From Paramicrosporidium saccamoebae KSL3 (Eukaryota > Fungi > Cryptomycota): a stretch of DNA of 32,000 nucleotides. The notes beneath the pieces were generated by a model. It was given only the letters and a program-made list of their open reading frames with translations. It had not been told where the DNA came from and searched no databases. The DNA lies in the NCBI GenBank assembly GCA_002794465.1, contig MTSL01000184.1, positions 1 to 32,000 on the forward strand, in the 5' to 3' direction. The translations under genes and the position numbers were made by a program. Of the stretch, positions 20,149-29,152 are shown in pieces (within the stretch, counting starts at the first letter, position 1; every line of letters starts with the position of its first letter).

Positions 20149-21013
20149 ATGCACGTCTACGGTCTTGCAAACATCCCCAACCAAGTCCATCATGTCGTCT
20201 GTCACCGTCCCTTTACCTTTAACGTGCTGCTAATGGGTACTAGCTTGAGCATAGCCAACTGGTAGGCGAGGTCAGTACTGGAAAGACGGGATTTGTGAAT
20301 CGTGTGCTGAAAAAGGCCGTGTTTGAGAATGATTTGCCCGCCTTCTTTGAAGGTCGAAATGACCCGGGAACCATAATCCGTATAAGGGAACAAGGCACAG
20401 CTGTCTATTCTGTTTAAATATGGTAGATTTGGAGGAAAATGGTGTAAATGCAACCATTCGCCTAATTGATGCTCCGCAGGTGGGATATTCTGTGCGCAAG
20501 TCGGTGGGCTATCAGGCGCTCTCCGATTATACTCGCGATCAGCTGTTCCGGCACGCCCAGCATGAGCTCGATATTGATCGTGCCGTCACCTCCTACCGTG
20601 ATCATCGTGTGCACGTGTGTCTGTATTTTGTGACGGCCCAGGAGCTGTCGCACCAGGACGTACAATCTCTGGGCGAGCTTTGCAAGTTGACCAATATCAT
20701 TTTGGTGGCCGGGAAGGCGGACATGTTGACAGAGGAAGAACTCCAGCTCCAGGAAAAGCGCATCTTGCAGCAGTGTAAAGAAAATGGAATCCAACTGTTT
20801 GATTTGGAGGCACCACGAGTATTCCCCGTCCATCGTCGTTCAGATCTCTATGAAAAGGAGGATGGTCTAGAGTCGGTCTTTATCAAAAAATACCTGCCCG
20901 TTTTGATTGAACGCTCTCAGTCTCAACATTATCGTGACCTACAACAGCACCTGGTCAAAGAGAGTGGTACTGCAACCATCAATCATGCTATTGAATCTCT
21001 TACCATCCACTAA
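20149..21013 (+). CDS. Divergent septin-family GTPase, about 267 aa, 3 exons
   Basis: GLANIPNQVH...FTFNVLLMGEVSTGKT (septin N-terminus and P-loop), EENGV...LIDAP, RVHVCLYFV, GKADMLTEEEL. Introns 20237-20265 (29 nt) and 20395-20426 (32 nt, GC-AG; an alternative GT donor exists at 20380). Confidence 0.8.
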
Positions 21014-21414
21014 TTGCTGCCAAAGATCCGTCCATCCCTATTCATCACTGTTGGTTGTGTTATTAAATTTTTATCCATCCCCATCCTGTTCCTAATCACC
21101 AATTGATTATAATGTTGAAATCTCATCACTGTTAACCGCCATTGATTTAGTATACTCTTGGGGCTCGCCAATGTATAGCATTACACGAATAGTTAAAATA
21201 CTACAACTCCAAATGTGACGTAAGGAATCTTTCACTTATGTACAAAACCATTACTCCGCTCCGTATCATTAAGCCGACACTTGCGTCCACTTGTATCTCT
21301 TCATCCTCACCTATTTGACTTCTTCCCGCTGTAGATCGACTTATCCAACTCCCTCGCCCCACCCAACTCGGGGCCCTCTTATAATTTAATAACACGGCTC
21401 TTTTGCTGGCCATA

Positions 21415-23725
21415 ATGCTATTGGTTGTTAGCAAGTCTCCTAGTGATGCATTGGCTTTGACTAATTGCATAATCCTCAATCCGAGTGACGCACGTCGTCT
21501 CAACACACAATATGCTCTCGTCTCTCAAAATTACATTATGACGCTGCGGGCGGAAGAGGTCATGGCTGAGGGCCAAATTGGACTCTCCTCCACCCACCGA
21601 AACTGGCTGCAGTTGGCGCTGGCTGATAAAGTGTCGGTGGAACCATTCGACCCGGACAGCTTTACACAAGACTGCTATCTGGAGACTATACGAGTGGAGG
21701 TTGATGTGCTCAAGAAACAGGCACAGACGGCTTTAACCTTTGATACGGTTCGGATGGCCGAAGTGTTCCTCTCCAACTATCAGCGACAGATATTCTCCCT
21801 TGGGCAGCCCTTTGTTATGGACTTTGCGGGTCACAACTTGCTGTTAAAGGTGCACAGTCTGGTGAACATTACAACCGGCTCTCCCCGTCAAGAATCTGCC
21901 ACCGAATGGGGCGCATTACTTCCAAAAACTGAGGTTCGGTTTTCCCGCGCTCCCGATTCGCTCATCAAGCTGGTGGGCGAGGCTCAAATCAACACGAATG
22001 CCGTCATCCAGCCAGATTTCAAGTTTGAAGATATGGGCATTGGAGGACTGGACAAGGAATTTTGGCTCATTTTCAGGAGAGCATTTGCATCTCGGATCTA
22101 TCCGCAGGATCTGGTGCAAAAGTTGGGAATTAGACACGTTAAGGGACTAGTGCTGTATGGACCGCCAGGAACAGGCAAGACGCTGATGGCCCGACAGATT
22201 GCAAAGATGCTGCATGCAAGAGAGCCCAAAATTATCAACGGACCAGAAATTCTCAACAAATATGTCGGCCAATCCGAGGAAAACATCAGAGCCCTTTTTA
22301 AGGATGCCGAGGCCGAATACAAGGCAAAGGGAGATAATAGCGAACTACATATCATCATATTCGACGAACTGGATGCCATCTGCAAGCAGCGTGGAGGAAG
22401 GAACGATGGGACCGGCGTCGGCGATTCCGTTGTCAATCAGCTACTCGCCAAGATGGATGGTGTTGAGCAGCTAAACAATATCCTCGTGATTGGAATGACA
22501 AATAGATTGGACATGTTGGATGAAGCCTTGCTCCGTCCCGGTCGCTTTGAGGTACAGCTCGAAATCGGGCTTCCAAATAAGGAAGGCCGTTGTCAGATTC
22601 TCAAGATTCACACCAACACTGTAAGACTACAAATTCCGTCACCATTCTAACTTTTAGATGAGAGAGAATAACATTTTGGACACGGATGTGGATTTGGAAG
22701 AGCTAGCGGGATTATGCAAAAACTTTACGGGTGCCGAAATTGTGGGACTGATCAACTCGGCCACCTCCTTTGCCCTCAATCGACACATCAAGGTGGGTAG
22801 CACGGTGGAAGTCGCAAAGGATGCCTCCACGATGCGTGTCACAAAGGACGATTTTTTCCGTGCTCTCAGTGAAGTGCACGCAGCCTACGGAGTGGATGAA
22901 GACGAGTTTGCCTCTTGTGGACAGGATGGAGTCCTAGTGTACTCTGATGAAGTCCAAACGCTCTTTAGTCAGGCAGAGTTGGTCATTCGACAGGCAGCCA
23001 ACAGTGAAAAGTCAGCATTGAGTGGCATAATGCTCTACGGAGTGACTGGCAGTGGAAAGACTGCAATCTGTGCCAAGCTTGCAACTGAGAGCAATTTTCC
23101 GTTCATCAAGCTACTTTCCACCCATACGCTTGTTGGACTCTCTGAGCAGGCCAAAGTCCAGGCCATTGCCAAGGTATAGAGATAGCAATTAGTGATTACC
23201 TTATAGATGTTCACGGACGCGTACAAGTCGGAACAGAGTCTGATCGTAGTGGACGACATTGAAGATTTAATTGATTATGTCGCCATTGGACCACGTTTCT
23301 CCACAGTTCTCCTCCAAACATTCCGCAATTTCTTCAAAAAGGTGCCTCCCGAGGGCCGTCGGCTTGTGGTCCTTGCCACCACCCGCAACAAACGTCTCAT
23401 GGACCAACTGGGTCTCTCCCAGCATTTCCGCACCCACCTTCACTGTCCCAATATTAACACAGTTGAGGACTTTCGCCACCTCCTCCACCACAACACCACC
23501 CTTCTTGAGGAAGATCGAACCCGGATCTTGGAAGAGGTCCGGAGGGTTGCAGCACGTGGGAGTGCATTCTCAGTGCCGGTCAAGATCCTCCAAGAGTTGT
23601 TGGAAGTATGTGCACAAGATCCAGAAGAACCCGTGCTACGGTTTATGGATGAATTTCAACAATTTGTCCTCAACTTGACCTCGGCTACGCTGGACGACGT
23701 AATTCCCAATATGGAGGGACTATAG
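21415..23725 (+). CDS. SEC18: Vesicle-fusing ATPase NSF/Sec18, about 746 aa, 3 exons
   Basis: N-domain SPSDALALTNC, D1 GPPGTGKT and FDELDAICKQRG, SRH GMTNRLDMLDEALLRPGRFE, D2 GVTGSGKT. Introns 22621-22657 (37 nt) and 23174-23206 (33 nt). Confidence 0.95.
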
Positions 23726-23836
23726 GCTTTATTATGTAATGACAATCCAAAATTTAGTGCACTATTGAGTAGTAATCTCACAATGGCAGTCTCATAAAAC
23801 CCGCCAGTTCCAGCAAATCTACAAAAGCCATCAGAT

Positions 23837-24872
23837 TCAGCAGTCCCAACAGTTTCCAAGGGGTTCTATAATCGGCTGGACAGGCTCGAAATTATTGCCC
23901 TCGGCAGGGTAGATTTGAAACTGATCATTGACATGACGAAATACGACCTCTGGATCTGCCGAGTTTGCATCGGCCATGGCATAGAATACTTTGTTGGCCA
24001 GCTTGTCACGATAATTTGACACTTTTTCCAACATGTTCAAAATAAATGGTCTCGGGCTGTGCGCCAGGTACCGGACTTTTGAACGGTCCTCCGACGGGGT
24101 TATCCGTGTTGCTGCCCGCAGGTTCAGTCGACTAGTCTGTTCAAATGTAGTCGCAACATTACGAATGCCTTTTCGGAGTTCCTGGTCCTCGACGCATTCT
24201 CCCAACCAGCCAGAGTTGAGATGCTTAAAGTGTGTCAGTAGCTGCTCCCAATTCATCGTCTGCTTCAATCCCTCACGACAATATGTACTCAGCTGCTCCT
24301 GTGGATCGATAAGGGCGAGCAGATCAACAGCGACACGTGGTCCGTAATCATAGCCCTTGGGCGGCTTGTAGGCTGGAGATTCTCCAGATTTGTGCCAATA
24401 CATCGGACTACCCGCTTCGATGGAATCGACCAGCTCTGTCGAAAAGTCATACGGGTTGCCAGCGTGAGATATTCTGAGGATGTACTCGAACGCCGCTTTG
24501 TAATCTCCCGCCCTTTGCAGGATCCTGTACATTTGTCGCTTTACCTCCTATACTAATTAGAATCACACCGACGAGTACAATTGATGCGTTTTCTGACAAT
24601 GCCATCATGGTTACCATCGCCTTCCGGTTAGAGTCGTTATCAGAAAATGCCCACTGCTCACTCATCACACCCACCAAGCTAGCCATCGACACACAAGTAT
24701 GCTTTGACATGGTTCGCTCGATTTCAGTGGATGCAATTCCAGCAGCCAATTGCTCGAGCAGCTCAGAGTGCACCCGGTCTGGATCGCACAATGTTTTTCT
24801 ACTAACCATTCTTTTAAAAACTCTCGACGCCCCGACATAGGTTAAAAGTGTAATTACAGTGAAAGGACGCAT
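23837..24872 (-). CDS. Hypothetical secreted protein, paralog A, 334 aa, 2 exons
   Basis: ATG 24872, signal-like MRPFTVITLLTYVGA. 31-nt phase-0 intron 24578-24548. Clear similarity to the neighbouring gene at 25022-26108. Confidence 0.8.
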
Positions 24873-25021
24873 AATGTTGTGACGGTTTATGGGACCATTC
24901 AAGCCTTTACTAATGCGTGCTGTGAACCAATAAAATGAACCGCATTTTGGGTGGCTCTTCATTCATGTTAGTTGTTCCGTACTACAGATCCTATTCCAGA
25001 CTTTTTATTTATTTTGGGGCA

Positions 25022-26108
25022 CTACGCCAAGTGCGTGGCTGATCTCCAACCTCTCTGCGTCGAATTGGCTGGTTGAGCTGGTCTAGATGACTGAGCCGGT
25101 CGGACTGATTGAGCTAGCGGAGCTGGATGAGCCGGTCTGGCTGGTTTAGAAACAATACCATTGGCAGGATAGGATACAAACTGACGATTGACGTTGCTCA
25201 ATACAGCTGATGGATCGTCCGTGTCGGCATCGACCACAGCCTGAAGCAAAGTGTTGGTCACTGCGGCAACATAGTCCTTTGCGCGCTGTAATATGTCTGT
25301 GTGTTCCTGGTTCTGGCCGCTCAGATTCTTTTCCGCAAAATGCAGCGTCCGAGATGCCGTATGCAGTCTCAGCTGACTGGCCCGCTCAAATGCAGTAACA
25401 GCATCGTGCATAACGTCTCGGAGTGTTGGATCAGACACGCAACGTTTTACCCAGGAAGTGTTAGAACCATCAAATTCTTTCAGCAACCAAGTCCAATTTC
25501 CTACATCCTCCAAGTCTTCGCGACACGTGTCAGACAGTTGGTCCTGAGGATCGAGAATGGTGAGCAGATCATTGATAACCATGGGCTGCCGGAATGGGTA
25601 GCCCTGAGGCTTTTGGAGGACCAACGGACCGTACATGAGATTGTCCGCGTCGAGAGATTCAAGCAGTTCCGCCGAAAAGTCGCGGGGGTTGGTGGCGCGG
25701 GCTACTTTGAGAATGTATTCATAGGCCCTCTTGAAGCCACGGGCCCGTTTCAAAACCTGATAGACTTGTCTTGTACTCTCCTACACTAATCAGAAAAGGG
25801 ACCATCCGTACCGTTGAAACGCTGCTACTCTCAGCCAACGCGGCCAAAGTCTCCGCCACCCGTGAGAAATTGTCTGCATCCCTCCAGTCTCTACTTTCTT
25901 CATGTATCTTATTGATCAGAGTAGCCAGCGTCACGCAGCTTTTATTCTTGTGCAAAGCTGCAGAAATATCAGAGGGTGTCCCTCCATAGATCATCTTTTC
26001 ATACAGATTCTGATGCACTTTATCAGAATCGCATTCTTTTGCGCCCAATTTAAGAAATCGACTGGCGCTGACACAAGCTAAAAGCGCAAAGATAGTAGTT
26101 AGATGCAT
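25022..26108 (-). CDS. Hypothetical secreted protein, paralog B, 351 aa, 2 exons, Pro/Ala/Gln-rich tail
   Basis: ATG 26108, signal-like MHLTTIFALLACVSA. 31-nt phase-0 intron 25811-25781 at the homologous position. Shares motifs with paralog A. Confidence 0.8.
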
Positions 26109-26218
26109 AGTGCCACAGCCAGTCGCACATCTTGCTTTTAATTTGTTCTGCTACTGCATGCTGCGAACCAATCAAGCATTCATGTGTACTATGAGCGTCG
26201 CGTATTGGGGGTCACTAC

Positions 26219-26234
26219 GATTGGTGGGCCAATC
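26219..26234. promoter_or_regulatory. Inverted CCAAT-box pair GATTGG-TGGG-CCAATC in the divergent paralog-B/LOG promoter
   Basis: Seen directly; another CCAAT is at 26168-26172. Function is inferred from position. Confidence 0.4.
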
Positions 26235-26305
26235 ATAGGAATGACCTGATTAACAATTAATGCAGCAAGCATTAAAGGAAAAAAGGCATCAGAGCATCGA
26301 CAGTC

Positions 26306-26950
26306 ATGCCGACCGCTACTATTCCTGTGCACCACATGATTGGTAACAAACTTCCTACAGTGCATCTCCCCATTGTCGCTCCAGGTAAGCGGGTGGCAGT
26401 GTTTGCTGGTAGCTCTGCCACCTGTCCTGCCCACTATCGTGATGAAGCGCGTCGATTCGGTGCCATGCTGGCTTCCAACGGATGTGCATTGGTGTATGGC
26501 AGTGGATCGTGGGGGTTGATGGGAGAGGTGGCTTTGGGAGCTGCGGATGCACCGATAGTTGGGGTGGTCCCCGAATTTATGCTTGCAACAGCCGGTGAGC
26601 TACATGGTCAAACGATTGTTGTACCCAATATGGCGGAGCGTAAATATGTAATCAACGAGCTAGCCGAGGTGTTTGTTGGACTGCCTGGAGGCTTTGGAAC
26701 GCTGGACGAGATGAGCGAGATGCTCACATGGAACCAAATCGGCGTCAACAATAAGCTTATCGTGTTTGTTAACATTGCCGGCTACTATGACCAGTTGGGA
26801 GCGTGGGTGGAGCGTGCCCTCTCTGACGGATTCATACGACGCGAGCAAATGCAGAATTACGTGATCGTCGACACTCCCGAAGCGGCAATCCAAGTCATCT
26901 TAACCCGCGAGCCGCAAATTGTACCAGGAAAATTCCGTACCAAGGCCTAA
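26306..26950 (+). CDS. LOG-family nucleotide 5'-monophosphate phosphoribohydrolase (Lonely Guy; often mis-annotated as lysine decarboxylase), 214 aa
   Basis: VAVFAGS, LVYGSGSWGLMG, MAERK, catalytic PGGFGTLDE, TWNQIG, NIAGYYD. The start could be 26336. Confidence 0.9.
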   Translation: MPTATIPVHHMIGNKLPTVHLPIVAPGKRVAVFAGSSATCPAHYRDEARRFGAMLASNGCALVYGSGSWGLMGEVALGAADAPIVGVVPEFMLATAGELHGQTIVVPNMAERKYVINELAEVFVGLPGGFGTLDEMSEMLTWNQIGVNNKLIVFVNIAGYYDQLGAWVERALSDGFIRREQMQNYVIVDTPEAAIQVILTREPQIVPGKFRTKA

Positions 26951-27035
26951 CTAACACACTGGTACAGTTATGATCCTAAATACTTTGTCCCTTAATGAAG
27001 GATTAGTACTATAAATATCCCACTCTGAATAAACT

Positions 27036-28673
27036 TTATTTGTGAATTCGACGTTGACGTTCCTTAATAATGCGGTCCATGCCCTTTGTACGTTTAAAGG
27101 ACGGGTTGGAAGGATCCAGAGCAAAGGCAGGCTCTTCATAGACTGCCTTGAAACGTTCATCATCCACACTGACAGTGACATCCTTTCTATCCTCGTCGTC
27201 AGTGGCGTCTCCATCCACCAATAGTTCAAGACTGGCATCTGGGGCGTGTTTCCGTTTCTTGTCTTTTGACTTGGGTTCTTTCTGTCCCTTTCGCTCCTTG
27301 TTGGCATCTTTGCGAGCTTTGCGACGCGCCATGTACTTGTCGTAGGGAGTCATGTCGGTATTCTCCTTGTCAGCTTCCTCTGTAAAGGTAGCCTCCATGT
27401 GCACATCGTCTTCATTATCGGGCTTGAGCGCCGAAGTAAAGGTGATTTGCAATTCATCGCCGTCTTCTTGTTTCTTTCCAAAAACGTTAGAGTCTCCCCC
27501 CGAGAGGAGGAGCTGACGATACTTGTCGGCATCATCTTCCTCATCCTCGTCGGTAGAGGCCAGATATGCACGTAAATCGGCCTCCTCCTGGTCCATCTTT
27601 GGCCTACCTGTGACTCTTGTGCGCTCGCAGTCATCAGCATCCCAAGTCAGCTCCACTTTGCTCATCTGTAGAGCTGCCGTCACCAGATTGGGCTTGGCGT
27701 GGTAGTTCTTTGGCAATTCTATGCAATGGTCCTTTGCAACTCCGTCAAAAGTGGTCGTGTCGGGAATGTAGCGCAAATCAATGAAATTTGCACTTTTTTC
27801 AAACTCTGTCCCATCGCAGTTTCGATAAATGTGTGCTGCCGTCACTGCCGAATCACATTCAATCACAGCATAATAATAGCGGAGACGTTCTAGCTGGTAT
27901 TTTCGCAGGGCAACCGAATCAAAATCCTCCTCTTCTTCTTGAGGAAAGTCTGCGTCCGAATCATCTGATGCCGAGTCCTCGGCCAAGTCTTCTTCCACCT
28001 TGGCCTTTTCAAACAGTTCACGAGGAGGACCTTCGAGAGCCTCACGCTGCATCCGTTCCTTGCCAAATTCACTCGGCCAAATAGTAACCGAGTTGATTGT
28101 CCCTGTGGCAGGTTTGAATCCATGCAAAAGAGTGTAAATGTCATCAGCGCGAATCTGATCCCAATCTATATTCACTAATGCGAGCCTGTGAGTCGCCTCT
28201 CCTGTGGGAATATCCTGTGCAACCAAGGGATGGTTGGACAAGACTGTATCCATGACATGATCAGACTCTGTGTCCGTATCGGTGCTCGAGTCTGTATCGG
28301 TGCTCGAGTCTGTATCGGTGCTCGAGTCTGCATCAGTGCCCAAGTCTGCATCCGTGTTCGAGTCTGTATCAGTGCTCAAGTCTTGGTCTGTATCCACACT
28401 CTCTATACCCTCTACACTCTCTACACTGTCCTCATCCTCATCCTCATCAACACCAACATTTTCCACACTCTCAGTGGCTGCTGCCTCGTCGAGACGGTAG
28501 AAACGTTCGAGATCCTTACGCTCCCGGTCCGCTACCACTTTGCGGCCATATTTGTCCACCTTGACCGGCTTCACAAATTCCTCATCCTCAAACATCGCCT
28601 TGAACCGGCCATCCACAGTCACCTGTGTCGCTTTTTTGCCAGCACGACGGAACCGCGGATCCACTTTGGTCAT
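27036..28673 (-). CDS. ESF1: Pre-rRNA-processing protein Esf1, 545 aa
   Basis: N-terminal DPRF and VDKYGR, RLALVNIDWDQIRADD, IWPSEFGKERMQRE, LRKYQLERLRYYYA, ELTWDADD, and C-terminal NUC153-like DERFKAVYEEPAFALDPSNPSFKRT. Confidence 0.93.
   Translation of the reverse strand: MTKVDPRFRRAGKKATQVTVDGRFKAMFEDEEFVKPVKVDKYGRKVVADRERKDLERFYRLDEAAATESVENVGVDEDEDEDSVESVEGIESVDTDQDLSTDTDSNTDADLGTDADSSTDTDSSTDTDSSTDTDTESDHVMDTVLSNHPLVAQDIPTGEATHRLALVNIDWDQIRADDIYTLLHGFKPATGTINSVTIWPSEFGKERMQREALEGPPRELFEKAKVEEDLAEDSASDDSDADFPQEEEEDFDSVALRKYQLERLRYYYAVIECDSAVTAAHIYRNCDGTEFEKSANFIDLRYIPDTTTFDGVAKDHCIELPKNYHAKPNLVTAALQMSKVELTWDADDCERTRVTGRPKMDQEEADLRAYLASTDEDEEDDADKYRQLLLSGGDSNVFGKKQEDGDELQITFTSALKPDNEDDVHMEATFTEEADKENTDMTPYDKYMARRKARKDANKERKGQKEPKSKDKKRKHAPDASLELLVDGDATDDEDRKDVTVSVDDERFKAVYEEPAFALDPSNPSFKRTKGMDRIIKERQRRIHK
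28262..28430 (-). repeat. Coding 18-bp repeat (STDTDS-like x6) followed by 9-bp VES/IES repeats in the Esf1 acidic linker
   Basis: Plus-strand unit gtatcggtgctcgagtct repeated with variation. Confidence 0.8.
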
Positions 28674-28688
28674 ACCCCGGTCGCGGAG

Positions 28689-29009
28689 ATGGAGCGGGTT
28701 GACAAGTTACTGTATGGCTCACTGGCTGGTCTGGTATTAGGAGTGGGATGGACAACACGGATCCAGAGAAATGCACCACTAATCGCGAGAATGTCGACCT
28801 GGGGACTGGCAGGACGTGCACTGGTCATCTCGAGCATTATCAGTGTCAGTTCATTTGGTGTGGCAACGGCAGCGCTGGCAAAGTATCTGCAGGTGGGCTC
28901 CATTAAGGAATTTGGAGCATACATGACCAAACACTTGGAGGGTTTGGCTCCAAAGACAGACCAGAGTGAAAAATACGTAGAATTTTTAATGTCTGAAGCA
29001 AAGAAATAA
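28689..29009 (+). CDS. Small two-TM protein, TMEM242/Aim11 (DUF1358)-like, probably mitochondrial inner membrane, 106 aa
   Basis: ATG 28689. Two hydrophobic segments. LAGRALVISSIISVSSFGVATAALAKYLQVGSIKEFGAYM resembles the A.RAL...T...V.......W..L...S..EF...M pattern as I recall it; the family call is from memory. Confidence 0.45.
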   Translation: MERVDKLLYGSLAGLVLGVGWTTRIQRNAPLIARMSTWGLAGRALVISSIISVSSFGVATAALAKYLQVGSIKEFGAYMTKHLEGLAPKTDQSEKYVEFLMSEAKK

Positions 29010-29152
29010 ACCGTACCGTGCTACTGGATTTAGCTAAAGGACGCAGTTAAGAGGATGTAGTACAACAAAACACGTTGCGTCATTTAAACGAGTCATATTT
29101 AAATGCACACGGTAGCAGTTTTAAGATACCCATTCAATCAATATTATTTAAT

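Noticed and set aside
21201-21506. 101-aa minus-strand ORF in the septin-SEC18 gap
   Set aside because: It overlaps the SEC18 start in antisense and has no recognisable motif. The 400-bp gap could still hide a small gene or ncRNA, but I cannot support one.
28188-28688. 273-aa plus-strand ORF with VCIGAR repeats
   Set aside because: This part is the antisense read of the ESF1 18-bp repeat. Only the portion from ATG 28689 looks like a real gene.
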